Notes: a model not told the origin generated them from the letters alone. A DNA stretch of 64,000 nucleotides from an uncultured Polyangiaceae bacterium (GCA_964195975.1 CAXMQZ010000006.1:3009-67008), one strand, 5' to 3'. Shown: positions 16,681 to 27,789, numbered from the stretch's first letter. A program made the numbers and translations.

Positions 16681-19145
16681 GTTGGCCCGGTCTCCTCGGA
16701 GACTGTTTCGCTGGGCTGGATGACGGTGGAGGGCTGACGGAAAAAACGCTCGGCTACTCGAGACGGATCGCCGACGATCTCCGACGGCCGCTCCAGTGCC
16801 AGCCAATCGGCCGGCAGATGATTCTTGTAGGGTGCCATCAGAAAACGCTCATCAAAAAGAGCGATGACGCCGGTGTCAGTTTCTGAGCGGATCAGCCGGC
16901 CGGCAGCCTGTACGACTCGAGTCATGCCGGGGATTACAAAGGAGTATTCAAAGCCGCGCTCGAAGCGGTCGTCGTAGTAGCGCTTGAGTAGCTCCTGATC
17001 GAGGCTCACGGCTGGCAGACAGGGGCCAACAACGGCAACGGCTTTGAGCATGTCTCCGGGGTAATCGACGCCTTCGGCAAAGACACCGCCGGCGACCGCC
17101 ATCAACAAGACATCCCCCATCAGTGCCGAACGCAGTATCTGCAGGATCTCCTCACGTTCCTGGTCGCTTCCTGAAGGTCTCTGGATGAGGATCCGTTTGC
17201 GCTTCACATCGAGCTGTCTGGCGACTTCGTCGAGGAATTTGTAGCTTGGAAACAGAGCCAGACAGTTGCCCGGAACCTGCTCGGCAAACGAGGCCAGGCG
17301 TTTGGCGATCCGAGGGTAGTTCTCAGGGCGCTTGCGCCAGACTGTGGCGACCGACGGATCGATAACGACGCCCCTGTTCTCAGCCGGGAAGGGGCTGGGT
17401 AGGCTCATGGTTGTGAGTCGTTCGGCATCGAAGCCGAGGAGATCACGGTAGAACTCGGTCGGGGACAGCGTAGCCGAAAGCCCGATGGTCGAGTGGGTGC
17501 GGTTGATCACCCGTCCCAGTAACCGGCTCGGGTCCTTACAGAAGATGCGCAGGCTCGATGTGGCTGAGGTCCGTTGGGCGCAATGGCTGAAGGCCTCGCC
17601 ATCGGTCTCGGAGAGCGATAGCCCATCCATGAATCGCAGATAGGTGAAGTAGAGGTCGACAAATGCATCTTCGGCACGAAACGAGGAGGTGTCACGCCGA
17701 TACTCGAGATAGTCGATAAAGATCTCGTCGAAATGAGCTCGGAAGGCCCAGAGATCGTCCTCGGGCATCAGGGTCTCGACGGCCTCGACCTGACCGGCCT
17801 CCTCTTCCAGCGCCACGGCTACGGTCTCCTCGATCAGACGTTGGAGATCGGCGCAGAGCTCTATGGCCTTCTTGTGGACCGGGTCTCGGCCCTTGGCCAT
17901 GAACTCAGCTGCTGAAGCGAGCTGACGGGTTGTCAGCTCGGGGCTGTAGTAACCGCGCCCGCGGCCGACCAGGTTATGGATCTCATCGATGATCAGGATG
18001 ACATCGCGAAGATCGCTGTCTTCGCTGAAATCGCTCAATGAGACATAGGGTTCGAAGGCATAGTTGTAGTCGCAGACAACCACCTGACCCTGCCGGCTGA
18101 GCTCCAGACTGACCTCGAAGGGGCAGATCTCATGCTCTCGAGCGGCCTCATAGATTCGATCGGGCAGCAGGGTGGAGAAATCGTCCATCAGACGCGGCAT
18201 CAGGCCGGAGCTTTGCAGCTTGGAGTAGTAATCCCTGGCATAGGGGCAGTACTCCTCGTGGCAGAGGACCTGATCGTTGGCACACATCTTCGATTTGGCC
18301 CGCAGCTGCAGAGAGTGGAAGTTGTCTTCCTGATTGAGCATCATCAGAACCTTGATCGCCATCTCCTGCTGCAGGGTCTTTGCGGTCAGGACAAATACCC
18401 GTTTGTCGTTCGCCAAGGCATAGCGGAGCGTCGGGAGAATGGCGGCCACGGTCTTGCCGATGCCAGTTGGAGCTTCGACAAAGAGATGGCTTCGATCCTC
18501 TAGACACTGTTCGACCGCTTCGACGATCTCTTGCTGACCAGGTCGAAGCTCGGCATGAGGAAATGAAAGACGGGTAGCCGTGGAACGTCGAGTGGCGGCG
18601 GCGGCCTGGCTGGTCTCGAACTCTCGAATCAGGGCGTTGAGCCGCTTCCGGACGGCGGTTTCGAGCGGGGCTTTCTTGTACTCGAGCAGCTCGTGGTCGA
18701 TCTCTTCGCTGCCGATCTCGATCCAGACCAACTCGACACGCACCTTCCCTTCACCCGCCTTGGTCAACATCCAGGCGTAGAACAGAGCCTGCTTGGCATA
18801 GATTTCGCGCAGCATCGTCGAGGGAGTGGATCCCCGGCGGATCGATTTGATCTCCTCGACAACGACGGTGCCATCGTCGTCTCGACGCAGACCGTCGATG
18901 CGCCCCTGGATTGTCACCTGCCAACCCCGGTGCACAAATTCGGCCGAGACCGAGACTTCTCGTTGGTAGGTGGAATCCTCTGCCAGTGTTTTCTCCTGAT
19001 AGCGGCTATGGATCGCCTGGCCGAGCCATTTGCGCTCGTGTCCGCCCCGGTTCGCAAAACCGAGGTGACGCGTCAGGCTCGAATCGATGAGGTCGCCGAC
19101 GGATAGCCCCAGGCTGCGGGTGTCCAGATCGAAGCGCACGGTCAT
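16677..19145 (-). CDS. PD-(D/E)XK nuclease fused to XPD/DinG-family Fe-S helicase
   Basis: GRIDG...EEIKS nuclease motif; APTGIGKT, four Cys (CAND..C...C...CPF), IDEIHN, SAT, EGVD, QAAGRLIR. Confidence 0.88.
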   Translation of the reverse strand: MTVRFDLDTRSLGLSVGDLIDSSLTRHLGFANRGGHERKWLGQAIHSRYQEKTLAEDSTYQREVSVSAEFVHRGWQVTIQGRIDGLRRDDDGTVVVEEIKSIRRGSTPSTMLREIYAKQALFYAWMLTKAGEGKVRVELVWIEIGSEEIDHELLEYKKAPLETAVRKRLNALIREFETSQAAAATRRSTATRLSFPHAELRPGQQEIVEAVEQCLEDRSHLFVEAPTGIGKTVAAILPTLRYALANDKRVFVLTAKTLQQEMAIKVLMMLNQEDNFHSLQLRAKSKMCANDQVLCHEEYCPYARDYYSKLQSSGLMPRLMDDFSTLLPDRIYEAAREHEICPFEVSLELSRQGQVVVCDYNYAFEPYVSLSDFSEDSDLRDVILIIDEIHNLVGRGRGYYSPELTTRQLASAAEFMAKGRDPVHKKAIELCADLQRLIEETVAVALEEEAGQVEAVETLMPEDDLWAFRAHFDEIFIDYLEYRRDTSSFRAEDAFVDLYFTYLRFMDGLSLSETDGEAFSHCAQRTSATSSLRIFCKDPSRLLGRVINRTHSTIGLSATLSPTEFYRDLLGFDAERLTTMSLPSPFPAENRGVVIDPSVATVWRKRPENYPRIAKRLASFAEQVPGNCLALFPSYKFLDEVARQLDVKRKRILIQRPSGSDQEREEILQILRSALMGDVLLMAVAGGVFAEGVDYPGDMLKAVAVVGPCLPAVSLDQELLKRYYDDRFERGFEYSFVIPGMTRVVQAAGRLIRSETDTGVIALFDERFLMAPYKNHLPADWLALERPSEIVGDPSRVAERFFRQPSTVIQPSETVSEETGPT

Positions 19146-19310
19146 GACCGGGAAGTATAAGCGGTGAACCACGCTGCACGGTGACAGCGACCTCCCCGCA
19201 ATCCATTCCCTTGGATCGAAACCATTTTGGTCGTGTGTCCCCCTCGATTCAATCGATTGAAGAAGATGTCCTGTCACAGCCTGTTTTGTTTGCTATGCTC
19301 TCCGGTGCCC

Positions 19311-20321
19311 ATGCCGACGAACGGTTCACCTCCCAAGTCAATCATCGACTTTCCGCAGATGCCCAAGCTGCCGAATTTGCCTGCGGGCGTTGTTCGTCTG
19401 CTGATCATCGGCATCCTCGTGGTGATCGTTCTTACCGGTTCGATCTACACGGTGCAGCCCGAGGAGGTTGCGGTGGTGATCCGTCTGGGGCGAGTTACCG
19501 GAACGACCGGGCCGGGTCTGCATTTCAAGATCCCGATGGGTGTCGACAAAGTAATCAAGGTCCCGGTTCAAAGGCAGCTCAAGCAGGAGTTCGGATTCGA
19601 GACCCTGGAGCCGGGTGTTCGTAGCCAGTTCACCAACCGCGGACACGAGGGTGAATCCAACATGCTCACCGGCGACCTCAACGCGGTGGTAGTGGAGTGG
19701 GTAGTCCAGTACCGTGTTGTCGATCCCTACAACTACATATTCAGGGTACGAAACGTTACCGAGACCTTTCGCGACATGAGCGAAGCGGTAATGCGAAAAG
19801 TCGTTGGCGATCGGACGGTCAACGAGGTTCTGACCGTGGGCCGGCAAGAGATCGAGGATCTCGTAATGCTGAATCTGCAGCTCCTGAACGATCAATACGA
19901 AACCGGTATTCGGGTCGATCAGGTCGTGCTGCAAGACGTGAACCCGCCCGATCCGGTCAGACCTTCGTTTAACGAGGTCAACCAGGCCGAGCAGGAGCGC
20001 GAGCGTCTGATCAACGAGGCGCAGTCGGAGTACAACAAGGTCATTCCGCGGTCCGAAGGTGTGGCACTTCAGACCGTTCAACAAGCCGAAGGCTATGCGC
20101 TCGACCGAGTCAATCGCTCTGAAGGTGACGCGGCTCGCTTTTCTGCGATCTACTCTGAGTATCGCAAGGCGCCCGAGGTTACCCGGACGCGGATTTACCT
20201 GGAGTCCATGGACCGACTACTCAATCAGGCCGGCAAGAAGATCGTAATAGACGACAAAGTGGAAGGCCTTCTGCCGCTGATGAACCTACAACAGCTTCCC
20301 GGCCAGGGGGCGAGCCAATGA
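19311..20321 (+). CDS. hflK: FtsH modulator HflK
   Basis: SPFH domain, PGLHFKIP, MLTGDLN, SFNEVNQAEQE, YRKAPEVTRTRIYLE; alternative GTG start at 19305. Confidence 0.92.
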   Translation: MPTNGSPPKSIIDFPQMPKLPNLPAGVVRLLIIGILVVIVLTGSIYTVQPEEVAVVIRLGRVTGTTGPGLHFKIPMGVDKVIKVPVQRQLKQEFGFETLEPGVRSQFTNRGHEGESNMLTGDLNAVVVEWVVQYRVVDPYNYIFRVRNVTETFRDMSEAVMRKVVGDRTVNEVLTVGRQEIEDLVMLNLQLLNDQYETGIRVDQVVLQDVNPPDPVRPSFNEVNQAEQERERLINEAQSEYNKVIPRSEGVALQTVQQAEGYALDRVNRSEGDAARFSAIYSEYRKAPEVTRTRIYLESMDRLLNQAGKKIVIDDKVEGLLPLMNLQQLPGQGASQ

Positions 20322-21250
20322 GTCGAGCCATGGGTATCGTAGCGCTGGTCGTGATCGCGGTGGTCGGTCTGAACGCAGCGTTTGTGGTCAACGAGTGGGA
20401 GCAGGTCATTCTGACGCAGTTCGGTCAGCCGGTAGGCGATCCGATCAACACTCCGGGGCTCAAATTCAAGGTACCGTTTGTCCAGAAAGTACATCGTTTT
20501 GACAAGCGGTTTCTGGAGTGGGATGGCGATGTTGCGGAGCTACCCACCAGAGACAAGGTTTTTATCGAGGTCGATACCTATGCGCGCTGGCGCATCGCTG
20601 ACCCGCTGTTGTTTTTCCAACGTCTTCGCGACGAACGGGGCGCCCAGTCGAGACTCGACGACATTCTCGACGGCGAGGTCCGCAAAGCCATCGCCAACCA
20701 CCAGCTGATCGAGGTCATCCGGTCGTCCAACCGGGTCCCCGAGGAGGATGAGTCGACCCCAGGTGTGGCCGGAGAGTTTGCTGAGATCAAGATCGGACGC
20801 GAGGCGATCCGAGAAGAGGTCCTGGTGGCCGGCAGGGCCAGAACCGCCGATCTTGGTATCGAGGTTCTCGATGTACAGTTCAAGCGCATCAACTACAGCG
20901 CGCAGGTGTTGAACGACGTCCACGCCCGAATGATCGCAGAACGCCAACGGATCGCCGATCGTTTCCGGTCCGAGGGGCAGGGCGAGAGAGCCAAGATTCT
21001 CGGCGACATGGAACGTGACCTTCAGAAGATCACATCCGAGGCCTATCGAGAGGCCGAAGAGATTCGGGGTCGTGCGGATGCCGAGGCTACCGAGATCTAT
21101 GCAAGGGCCTACAACCAGAATGCCGAGTCCCGTAAGTTCTACGAATTTCTCAAGACCATGGAGACCTTCGAGAGTACGGTCGATCTCGACACCTGGCTAC
21201 TTCTGTCAACCGACGGTGACTTCTATCGATACTTGAAGTCGAGCGGTTGA
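20318..21250 (+). CDS. hflC: FtsH modulator HflC
   Basis: QFGQPV..PGLKFKVPFVQ, RMIAERQRIADRFRSEG; overlaps the hflK stop. Confidence 0.92.
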   Translation: MSRAMGIVALVVIAVVGLNAAFVVNEWEQVILTQFGQPVGDPINTPGLKFKVPFVQKVHRFDKRFLEWDGDVAELPTRDKVFIEVDTYARWRIADPLLFFQRLRDERGAQSRLDDILDGEVRKAIANHQLIEVIRSSNRVPEEDESTPGVAGEFAEIKIGREAIREEVLVAGRARTADLGIEVLDVQFKRINYSAQVLNDVHARMIAERQRIADRFRSEGQGERAKILGDMERDLQKITSEAYREAEEIRGRADAEATEIYARAYNQNAESRKFYEFLKTMETFESTVDLDTWLLLSTDGDFYRYLKSSG

Positions 21251-21297
21251 GATCCACTGTTCACGGCCCCTCGTTACTCCTTTCATAGCGTAAGGCG

Positions 21298-22866
21298 ATG
21301 AATCGGAGATACGCTCACAGAGCGATGAGTGAACTCTCCCGATCTCGGTACGCAGCCGAACGGGCCGATCGAGGTCCGCGAACACCCTCGTCAGCTCTAG
21401 CAGCGCGGCTGGCAAGGCTTGGCCTGGCGATCGCGCTCGGCTTGTTTTCAGGTATTGGGTTCTCTGGTATCGGGGTCTCGAGTCTCGAGGCGACCGAGCT
21501 CGCCCAGGTTCTCAGCGCGCCGGTCGAGTTGGCGCGCAAAGCGGCTCCGGCTCTCGGTGTCCATGTCGTCGATGTTGCTACAGGAGAGTCGGTGTATGAG
21601 TTCGAGGCGGACGAGGCACGGATTCTCGCCTCCAACACCAAGCTTTTCACCACCGCGACGGCTCTCGACACTCTTGGCCCCGGTTATTTCTTCGAGACCA
21701 ACGTCATGATGCGGGGCCGACTTCACGGCGATGTCCTCGAAGGTGATCTCGCGGTCATCGGCGGCGGCGACCCCAATATCTCGGGTAGGCATTTCGAGGG
21801 GGATTCTCTGGCCGTGATGCGGGAATGGGCCGTCGAGCTCGAGAAACTGGGGGTCCGGCGGGTGGCTGGAGACGTCTATCTGGTCAACGGGCTCTTCGAG
21901 CCACCGCAGGTGCATCCCGATTGGCCCAAGAACCAATTGAACCGTTGGTATGAGGCTCCGGTCGACGCGCTGTCGTTCAACGACAACAGCGTGTTGGTTC
22001 GAGTATGGCCTGGACGTCTGGGAGGCCAACCCGCACGGGTCGAGCTGATCCCCGATCTACCTATCTTCGAGGTTCGCAATACGGCCAAGACGACCAATTC
22101 GTCCAAGCAACACAAGGTGATCATCGATCGAGTCAATGGCAGCAATATTCTTACGGTCTCGGGATCGGTCTTCCGGCACGCAGCACCGGTCGAGTCGTGG
22201 GTCGCTGTGGCCGACCCGTTGCTGTATTTTGGAGCAGCCTTGCATAAGGCCTTCTCGGAGGCCGGCGTCGAGCTGACCGGACGGATGCTGGTCACGTCGA
22301 CCCTGCCGGTCTCTGAATGGCAGTGGGCTGCTGGTTATCGCACCGACTTGATGACCACCGCCGAGATCATCAACAAGCGGAGCCAGAATTTCTTTGCCGA
22401 GAGTTTGCTCAAACTGATGGGAGCCAAACTCTGCGGCGAGGGTAGCTGGGAGTCCGGCCGCAGGGTCGTCAGCGAGTTTCTGACCGAGGTCGGAATCGAA
22501 CCGGGTAGCTATTCGCTGTCCGACGGCTCGGGAATGAGTCGGGGAAATCGCTTTAGCCCCCGCCAAGTTACCCAGCTTCTGACCTACATGTACTTTCACC
22601 CTCGCGGGCGTGACTTTCTCTTGACCCTGCCATACAGTGGGGAGTTGGGGCTAAAGTGGGAAAAACGACTTGCAGACGAGCCGTACCGAGGCAACGTCTT
22701 CGCGAAGACGGGCTCGTTGACGGGTGTCTCGACTCTTTCGGGCTATGCCAAGGCCGAGTCGGGAAAGATCTACGCTTTTTCCATTCTCTGCAATCGCAGC
22801 CGCAGCAACTGGCAGGCACGCAAGGCCCAGGACGCCATCGTCCGCGCCCTGATCGACCACGGCTAG
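21298..22866 (+). CDS. dacB: D-Ala-D-Ala carboxypeptidase/endopeptidase PBP4
   Basis: ASNTKL (SxxK), SQN (SxN), DGSGMSR, AKTG; start uncertain. Confidence 0.9.
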   Translation: MNRRYAHRAMSELSRSRYAAERADRGPRTPSSALAARLARLGLAIALGLFSGIGFSGIGVSSLEATELAQVLSAPVELARKAAPALGVHVVDVATGESVYEFEADEARILASNTKLFTTATALDTLGPGYFFETNVMMRGRLHGDVLEGDLAVIGGGDPNISGRHFEGDSLAVMREWAVELEKLGVRRVAGDVYLVNGLFEPPQVHPDWPKNQLNRWYEAPVDALSFNDNSVLVRVWPGRLGGQPARVELIPDLPIFEVRNTAKTTNSSKQHKVIIDRVNGSNILTVSGSVFRHAAPVESWVAVADPLLYFGAALHKAFSEAGVELTGRMLVTSTLPVSEWQWAAGYRTDLMTTAEIINKRSQNFFAESLLKLMGAKLCGEGSWESGRRVVSEFLTEVGIEPGSYSLSDGSGMSRGNRFSPRQVTQLLTYMYFHPRGRDFLLTLPYSGELGLKWEKRLADEPYRGNVFAKTGSLTGVSTLSGYAKAESGKIYAFSILCNRSRSNWQARKAQDAIVRALIDHG

Positions 22867-22954
22867 TTGGCCCGCAGGTTGAGCCAGCCATGAGGCAAAG
22901 TTGGTGAGAAGGCCGGGCCAGCGTTGGGCAAACCTGGTGCGAGGGTCCGACTAG

Positions 22955-24181
22955 ATGGCTGACCAGCCGGGTCCGGTGGATTACACCCGCCTTTTGAAGC
23001 GGGTCGAGAATCTGATCGGCAACCTCGAGCCGACCGGCGACGTCACCGCCACCGTTCAGCAGGTGATCGAATCGATCCTCGAACACCTTCCAACCGAGTT
23101 GGGCATCGTCGGAGGTCGACTGTATCGCCGCATCGACGATGTCTATGTTCTCGTCGATACCTTTGGCAAGGCCAAGCCGGTGCCGACGGGGCTCGAGATA
23201 CCGCTGTCCTACCCACCGATCGATCTACTCCTCGATATGAGGACGCTCTATATGGATAGCGACGATCCAGAGCTGGATCGAGATCTGGAATCGCGCCTGG
23301 GAGTGGAGAAGTTTGCCGCCATCGAGGTCGGAGACAAGGAGTTCTTGCTCGCTTTCGATGTGGCTCCCGGGCATGACCGGGAGGCCATTCTCTATTCGTT
23401 GAGCATCCTGAGATTTGGCATCAACCAGACCATCCGACAGGGGCGAATGGAAGATGTCTTTCGGCAGGCAAGAAGAATCCAGGAATCGATCGTGCCCCGG
23501 CGCATCCCCAGTTATGGCACGTACGACATCTTCGGACGCACCGTATCCATGGAGAGTGTCGGCGGCGATCACTACGACTACATTCCGATCACCGACAAGA
23601 TTCTCGGTATTGCTATCGCCGACGTGTCGGGCCACGGACTCCCAGCAGCGCTATTGGTTCGCGATATCTATATGGGTCTGAGAATGGGGTTGTCGCGGGA
23701 TTACAAGATTATTCGGACCGTGGAGAGGCTCAACTCGATCATCCACAAAAGTACCCTCACCAGTCGCTTTGTCTCCATGTTCTATGGCGAGCTGGAGCTG
23801 ACTGGCAACTTCATCTACGTCAACGCCGGCCATCCCGCACCCTTCCTATTGAAAGCCGACGGTTCGATCCGCTATCTCACCGAGGGAGGCGCCGTGATCG
23901 GCCCTTTCGCGCAGGCCACCTACGAACGGGGCCTGGTGCGGCTCGAGCCCGGCGACCTGTTGGTGCTCTACACGGATGGCATCGTCGAAGCGACGCGAAT
24001 CGATGAGTCGGGAACGCCGGTCGAGTTTGGCCCCGAACGTCTTCAGGCGACGGCGGCCTTGAACCGGCACCGCAGTGCCGAAGAGGTTGTCGAGTCGATC
24101 TTCGATGCGGTCACAGAGTTTACCGAGGGTGAGCCACCCGAGGACGATCGCACTCTGGTCGTGGTCCGCTATCCCTCTTGA
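22955..24181 (+). CDS. RsbU/SpoIIE-type PP2C phosphatase with GAF-like N-terminus
   Basis: VGGDHYD, IADVSGHG, VNAGHP, LYTDGIVE, EDDRT. Confidence 0.88.
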   Translation: MADQPGPVDYTRLLKRVENLIGNLEPTGDVTATVQQVIESILEHLPTELGIVGGRLYRRIDDVYVLVDTFGKAKPVPTGLEIPLSYPPIDLLLDMRTLYMDSDDPELDRDLESRLGVEKFAAIEVGDKEFLLAFDVAPGHDREAILYSLSILRFGINQTIRQGRMEDVFRQARRIQESIVPRRIPSYGTYDIFGRTVSMESVGGDHYDYIPITDKILGIAIADVSGHGLPAALLVRDIYMGLRMGLSRDYKIIRTVERLNSIIHKSTLTSRFVSMFYGELELTGNFIYVNAGHPAPFLLKADGSIRYLTEGGAVIGPFAQATYERGLVRLEPGDLLVLYTDGIVEATRIDESGTPVEFGPERLQATAALNRHRSAEEVVESIFDAVTEFTEGEPPEDDRTLVVVRYPS

Positions 24182-24861
24182 CGCTCCACCCACTCGAGAC
24201 TTTGACGGAGTTTGACGATCGAGTTGGCAGGATAGACGCCCGAGCGCAGTTGCACACCCGGGTAGAGCTGGGTTCTGGCTCCGATCACGACGCCTGGATG
24301 AAGAACACAATTACATCCCGTCAGAACTCCATCTCCCAGCACCCCGCCCAGCTTGCGCCGCTTGGTGTCGATGTGACCGCCGTCGAAATGAATTTGAATC
24401 GGCTGCCCATCGTGGCGAAAATTCGAAACGATGGTGCCCGCACCCAAGTTGACACCGCAGCCGAGAATGGAGTCGCCGACATAGTTCAGATGGGGAGCTC
24501 TGGCGGTGTCGAGCAGGATCGAGTGCTTGACCTCGGTGTTGGCTCCGATGATGCACCCGTCGCCGATCCAGCAGCCATCACGGATAAAGGCTCCGGGCCG
24601 AATCTGGACATCCCGTCCGATCCGGACCGGCCCCTCCACAACGGCTCCCGGGTGGATCCGCGTCCCACGACCGATCATGATTCGATCGCCATAGACAGAG
24701 GAATCCGGGTCGAGTGCGATCTCGATACCGTCGGACGGCAGCGCCTCGAGCACGGCATCCAAAGTGTCTCCGAGCAGCGACCAGGGTGCTGTCGGGTCGT
24801 AGGTGCTAGCAAACTCTTGCGGCAAGCTGGAGAACAGAGCAGGTATCTGACTGGCGGTCAC
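24169..24861 (-). CDS. Left-handed beta-helix (GlmU-like C-terminal) acetyltransferase
   Basis: Hexapeptide repeats, APHLNYVGDSILG..NLGAGT, RRKLGGVLGD. Confidence 0.8.
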   Translation of the reverse strand: MTASQIPALFSSLPQEFASTYDPTAPWSLLGDTLDAVLEALPSDGIEIALDPDSSVYGDRIMIGRGTRIHPGAVVEGPVRIGRDVQIRPGAFIRDGCWIGDGCIIGANTEVKHSILLDTARAPHLNYVGDSILGCGVNLGAGTIVSNFRHDGQPIQIHFDGGHIDTKRRKLGGVLGDGVLTGCNCVLHPGVVIGARTQLYPGVQLRSGVYPANSIVKLRQSLEWVERQEG

Positions 24862-24912
24862 GGATCGATTATAGAGGGCTTGTGAGAAGGTCAGGTTAAG
24901 ATCCGTCAAGCT

Positions 24913-25542
24913 TTGGGTGCGTACAGGACTCTGCCATCTTCGTTTTACCGTCGTCCCGCCGAGGTCGTGGCACCCGACCTGTTGGGGCGCTACATTGTGC
25001 GCCAAATCGACGGGGTACGGTTGGTGGCTCGTATCGTGGAGACCGAGGCCTATCTCGGGACCCGGGACCGGGCGAGTCATGCCTGGGGAGGGCGGCGTAC
25101 GCAGCGGAGCGGGGTTCTCTACTCGACTCCGGGAACCGCGTACGTCTATCTCATCTATGGGATGTACAACTGCCTGAATGCGGTGACCGGGGACTCCAAC
25201 GATGGAGATGCGGTGCTGATCCGGGCTGCTGAACCGCTACGAGGTGTTGCGACGATGCGCCTGAATCGAGCCTTGAAGCGCCCTCCAGATTGGCAGCCTC
25301 GACCTGGAGAGGTAGCCGGTGGTCCCGGCAAGCTCTGTCAGGCATTGTCGATCGATCGTGACGAAAACAACCGACTACTGACTCAGGGCAAGCTTCGTCT
25401 CACGGTTGGATCGCCAATCGAACAGGGGGCCGTGATTACGGGACCGCGGATCGGCATTGATTATGCCGGCGAGGCCAAAGAGTGGCCGCTGAGATTTGCG
25501 ATCCGCGACAACCGACACGTGTCGAAGCCTTATCCCTGGTAG
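24913..25542 (+). CDS. mpg: 3-methyladenine DNA glycosylase (AAG type)
   Basis: RIVETEAY, AYVYLIYGMYNCLN, AVLIRA, GPGKLCQAL, TGPRIGI. Confidence 0.92.
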   Translation: MGAYRTLPSSFYRRPAEVVAPDLLGRYIVRQIDGVRLVARIVETEAYLGTRDRASHAWGGRRTQRSGVLYSTPGTAYVYLIYGMYNCLNAVTGDSNDGDAVLIRAAEPLRGVATMRLNRALKRPPDWQPRPGEVAGGPGKLCQALSIDRDENNRLLTQGKLRLTVGSPIEQGAVITGPRIGIDYAGEAKEWPLRFAIRDNRHVSKPYPW

Positions 25543-25566
25543 ATCGGGGCCTTGGCAGATCAGGGC

Positions 25567-26724
25567 CTAGCTGTCGGTCTTTTTCTTTCTCTTGGCTGGC
25601 TCGCGCAGCTCGATATGCCCGGCTGCGAGTAGCTTCCAGAAAACCACCTGAGCCTCGAGCTGCGGCACCGGTGTGATCTTGAGAATGGTCTGGATATCGT
25701 AGCTGCCGTTGATGCGAGTAAAGATGAAGCCCTCTTGCGGTGACAGATCGAGAGAGTCGATATCCGCGGTGTCGGTGGTCAGGATGGGAATGGCCGTGAT
25801 GTGAATGCCATCGTCACGGATGGCTTGTTGAATACTTTTCTCAGCCATGGTTACCAGTTGCTGCACCTTCGGACTGTTGGGGTCGAGACTCTTGGCGGCG
25901 TGTAGGTGACGAAGTGCCAGGTCGAACCTGCGAGCCTCGAGGTGCTGTTGTGCCACATCGAGAAGCGATTGCGGTCCAACATCACCCTGGGCGGGGGTGT
26001 CGTCTACGACTTCTACTTTCACCTGTCGCGGTTGGACGACCTTGAGTTTTCCCATCCGAATCTGGTCATAGAGGACGCGGCAAACATGGAACTCGCTCGA
26101 GTGGGTCTGTAACGCGATCTCTTGAATACTCCGATCGTCATCGACCATCTCGAGGATGTTGGACACACCTGGATCGGGCTGGTCGGCTCTGAGCTCGCCG
26201 ATGGATACGGGAACGGCCTTCAAAGAAGGAATCTTACGCCGGATCTGTTTCCATTCATCGACTCGTCGATGGCCCTCCAATACGAGCCCGGTCACACTCA
26301 GCGCCAACTTGACCATGTGGTATCGCGGCAGCTCGTCGTCGACGAACTTGAACTCGGCCTCGCCCCAGGAGAAAAGCTCATAGATACTCTCTTCGGCTTT
26401 CAGCTTGAGCATTCGATTCAGATCTTCTTCCCCGATAGCACCGATTGTCAGCAGGATCTTGCCCAACAGCATCTTGTTGTCTTCTTGCATCTCCATGGCT
26501 TTGGCGAGGGTGAGCTCGTCGATAAAGCCGTGGCTGACAAGAAAGTGGCCGAGATACTCCTTGGGATCGCTTGCCGCCGAGGAGACAATCGTCCCCTCAT
26601 CGAAGAAGATCCGTTTTTCGACCTTGCCGTTGTTCAGATACAGTGTGCCGGTCTTGCGGCCCTGCGATAGCCACTGTAGGAGCTCGGCGAGCTCCATGGT
26701 CTTGAGATTGCCTGTGATACCCAT
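25567..26724 (-). CDS. DUF4388 (PATAN-like) domain protein with TPR-like helices
   Basis: MGITGNLKTMELAELLQWL..GRKTGTL, FSWGEAEFKF. Confidence 0.8.
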   Translation of the reverse strand: MGITGNLKTMELAELLQWLSQGRKTGTLYLNNGKVEKRIFFDEGTIVSSAASDPKEYLGHFLVSHGFIDELTLAKAMEMQEDNKMLLGKILLTIGAIGEEDLNRMLKLKAEESIYELFSWGEAEFKFVDDELPRYHMVKLALSVTGLVLEGHRRVDEWKQIRRKIPSLKAVPVSIGELRADQPDPGVSNILEMVDDDRSIQEIALQTHSSEFHVCRVLYDQIRMGKLKVVQPRQVKVEVVDDTPAQGDVGPQSLLDVAQQHLEARRFDLALRHLHAAKSLDPNSPKVQQLVTMAEKSIQQAIRDDGIHITAIPILTTDTADIDSLDLSPQEGFIFTRINGSYDIQTILKITPVPQLEAQVVFWKLLAAGHIELREPAKRKKKTDS

Positions 26725-26805
26725 GATGACGGCTACTGTTCGATTATAGCCGCCAGTAGAGGAGGATTCCCACGCACTCGCAACACCTCGCCCGATCCCG
26801 AGCTG

Positions 26806-27789
26806 CTAGAAGAAGACCGGTGTAGTTTTGTCGTCCCGCTCGATGGTGTCGACGAACTGGATCAACCCACGACTCAGAGACATGAAAAGCGTCGACGTAC
26901 GAACTCCACCGCCAAACAATCGCACACCTCGTAGCAGCTGACCGTCGGTGACTCCGGTACTGCTAAACAAGATCTCATCACCCGGTGCCAGGTCCATGGT
27001 CGAATAAACAGTATCTAGATTGTCGATACCGAGTTTGATCGCCCGTTGCTTCTGAGCATCGTCGACCGCGGTCAGCCTTGCCTGAATCTCGCCACCCAGA
27101 CAGCGCATGGCAGCCGCAGTCAGGACACCTTCGGGTGCTCCTCCAATGCCAAAAACGGCGTGGATGCCGGTGCCGCTAACCGCGGCGGCGATACCTGCCG
27201 AAAGATCGCCATCGCCGATCAGCCGAATCCTGGCTCCGGTGCAACGGATGTCCCGAATCAGATCGGCATGACGCTCGCGATCGAGGACAACCACGGTCAG
27301 CTCGTTGACATCGCGCGCGAAGGCATTGGCGATGCTACGAAGATTCTCAGCGACGGGAGCATCGATGTGGATCTTGCCCTTGGCCTTCGGACCGACCACG
27401 ATCTTGTCCATATAAATATCGGGCGCGTGGAGCAGGCCGCCTTTCTCAGCTGCGGCGAGAACCGCTATGGCGCCTGAGGCTCCGGTCGCACAGAGATTGG
27501 TACCCTCGAGCGGGTCGACTGCGATATCGATCTCGAGCGCAGTGCTATCGCCTTTGCGTGCCCCGACTTCTTCGCCGACAAAGAGCATCGGTGCTTCATC
27601 CCGTTCGCCTTCGCCGATTACGACTCGACCGAAGATCTCGAGATTCCCGAGCTCTGCGCGCATCGATTCGACGGCGACTCGATCCGATTCCTTTCGGTCG
27701 CCCAGACCCATGGTCAGTGAGGCTGCGATGGCAGCCTTCTCGGTGACTCGAATAAATCCTTGCTCGACGGTGCTGTCGATTGCCATCAC
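26806..27789 (-). CDS. glpX: Class II fructose-1,6-bisphosphatase
   Basis: [48 protein letters not shown]. Confidence 0.95.
   Translation of the reverse strand: MMAIDSTVEQGFIRVTEKAAIAASLTMGLGDRKESDRVAVESMRAELGNLEIFGRVVIGEGERDEAPMLFVGEEVGARKGDSTALEIDIAVDPLEGTNLCATGASGAIAVLAAAEKGGLLHAPDIYMDKIVVGPKAKGKIHIDAPVAENLRSIANAFARDVNELTVVVLDRERHADLIRDIRCTGARIRLIGDGDLSAGIAAAVSGTGIHAVFGIGGAPEGVLTAAAMRCLGGEIQARLTAVDDAQKQRAIKLGIDNLDTVYSTMDLAPGDEILFSSTGVTDGQLLRGVRLFGGGVRTSTLFMSLSRGLIQFVDTIERDDKTTPVFF

Noticed and set aside
16677-19145. Type IV CRISPR CasDinG/Cas4 locus
   Set aside because: No repeat-spacer array or other cas genes anywhere in the window.
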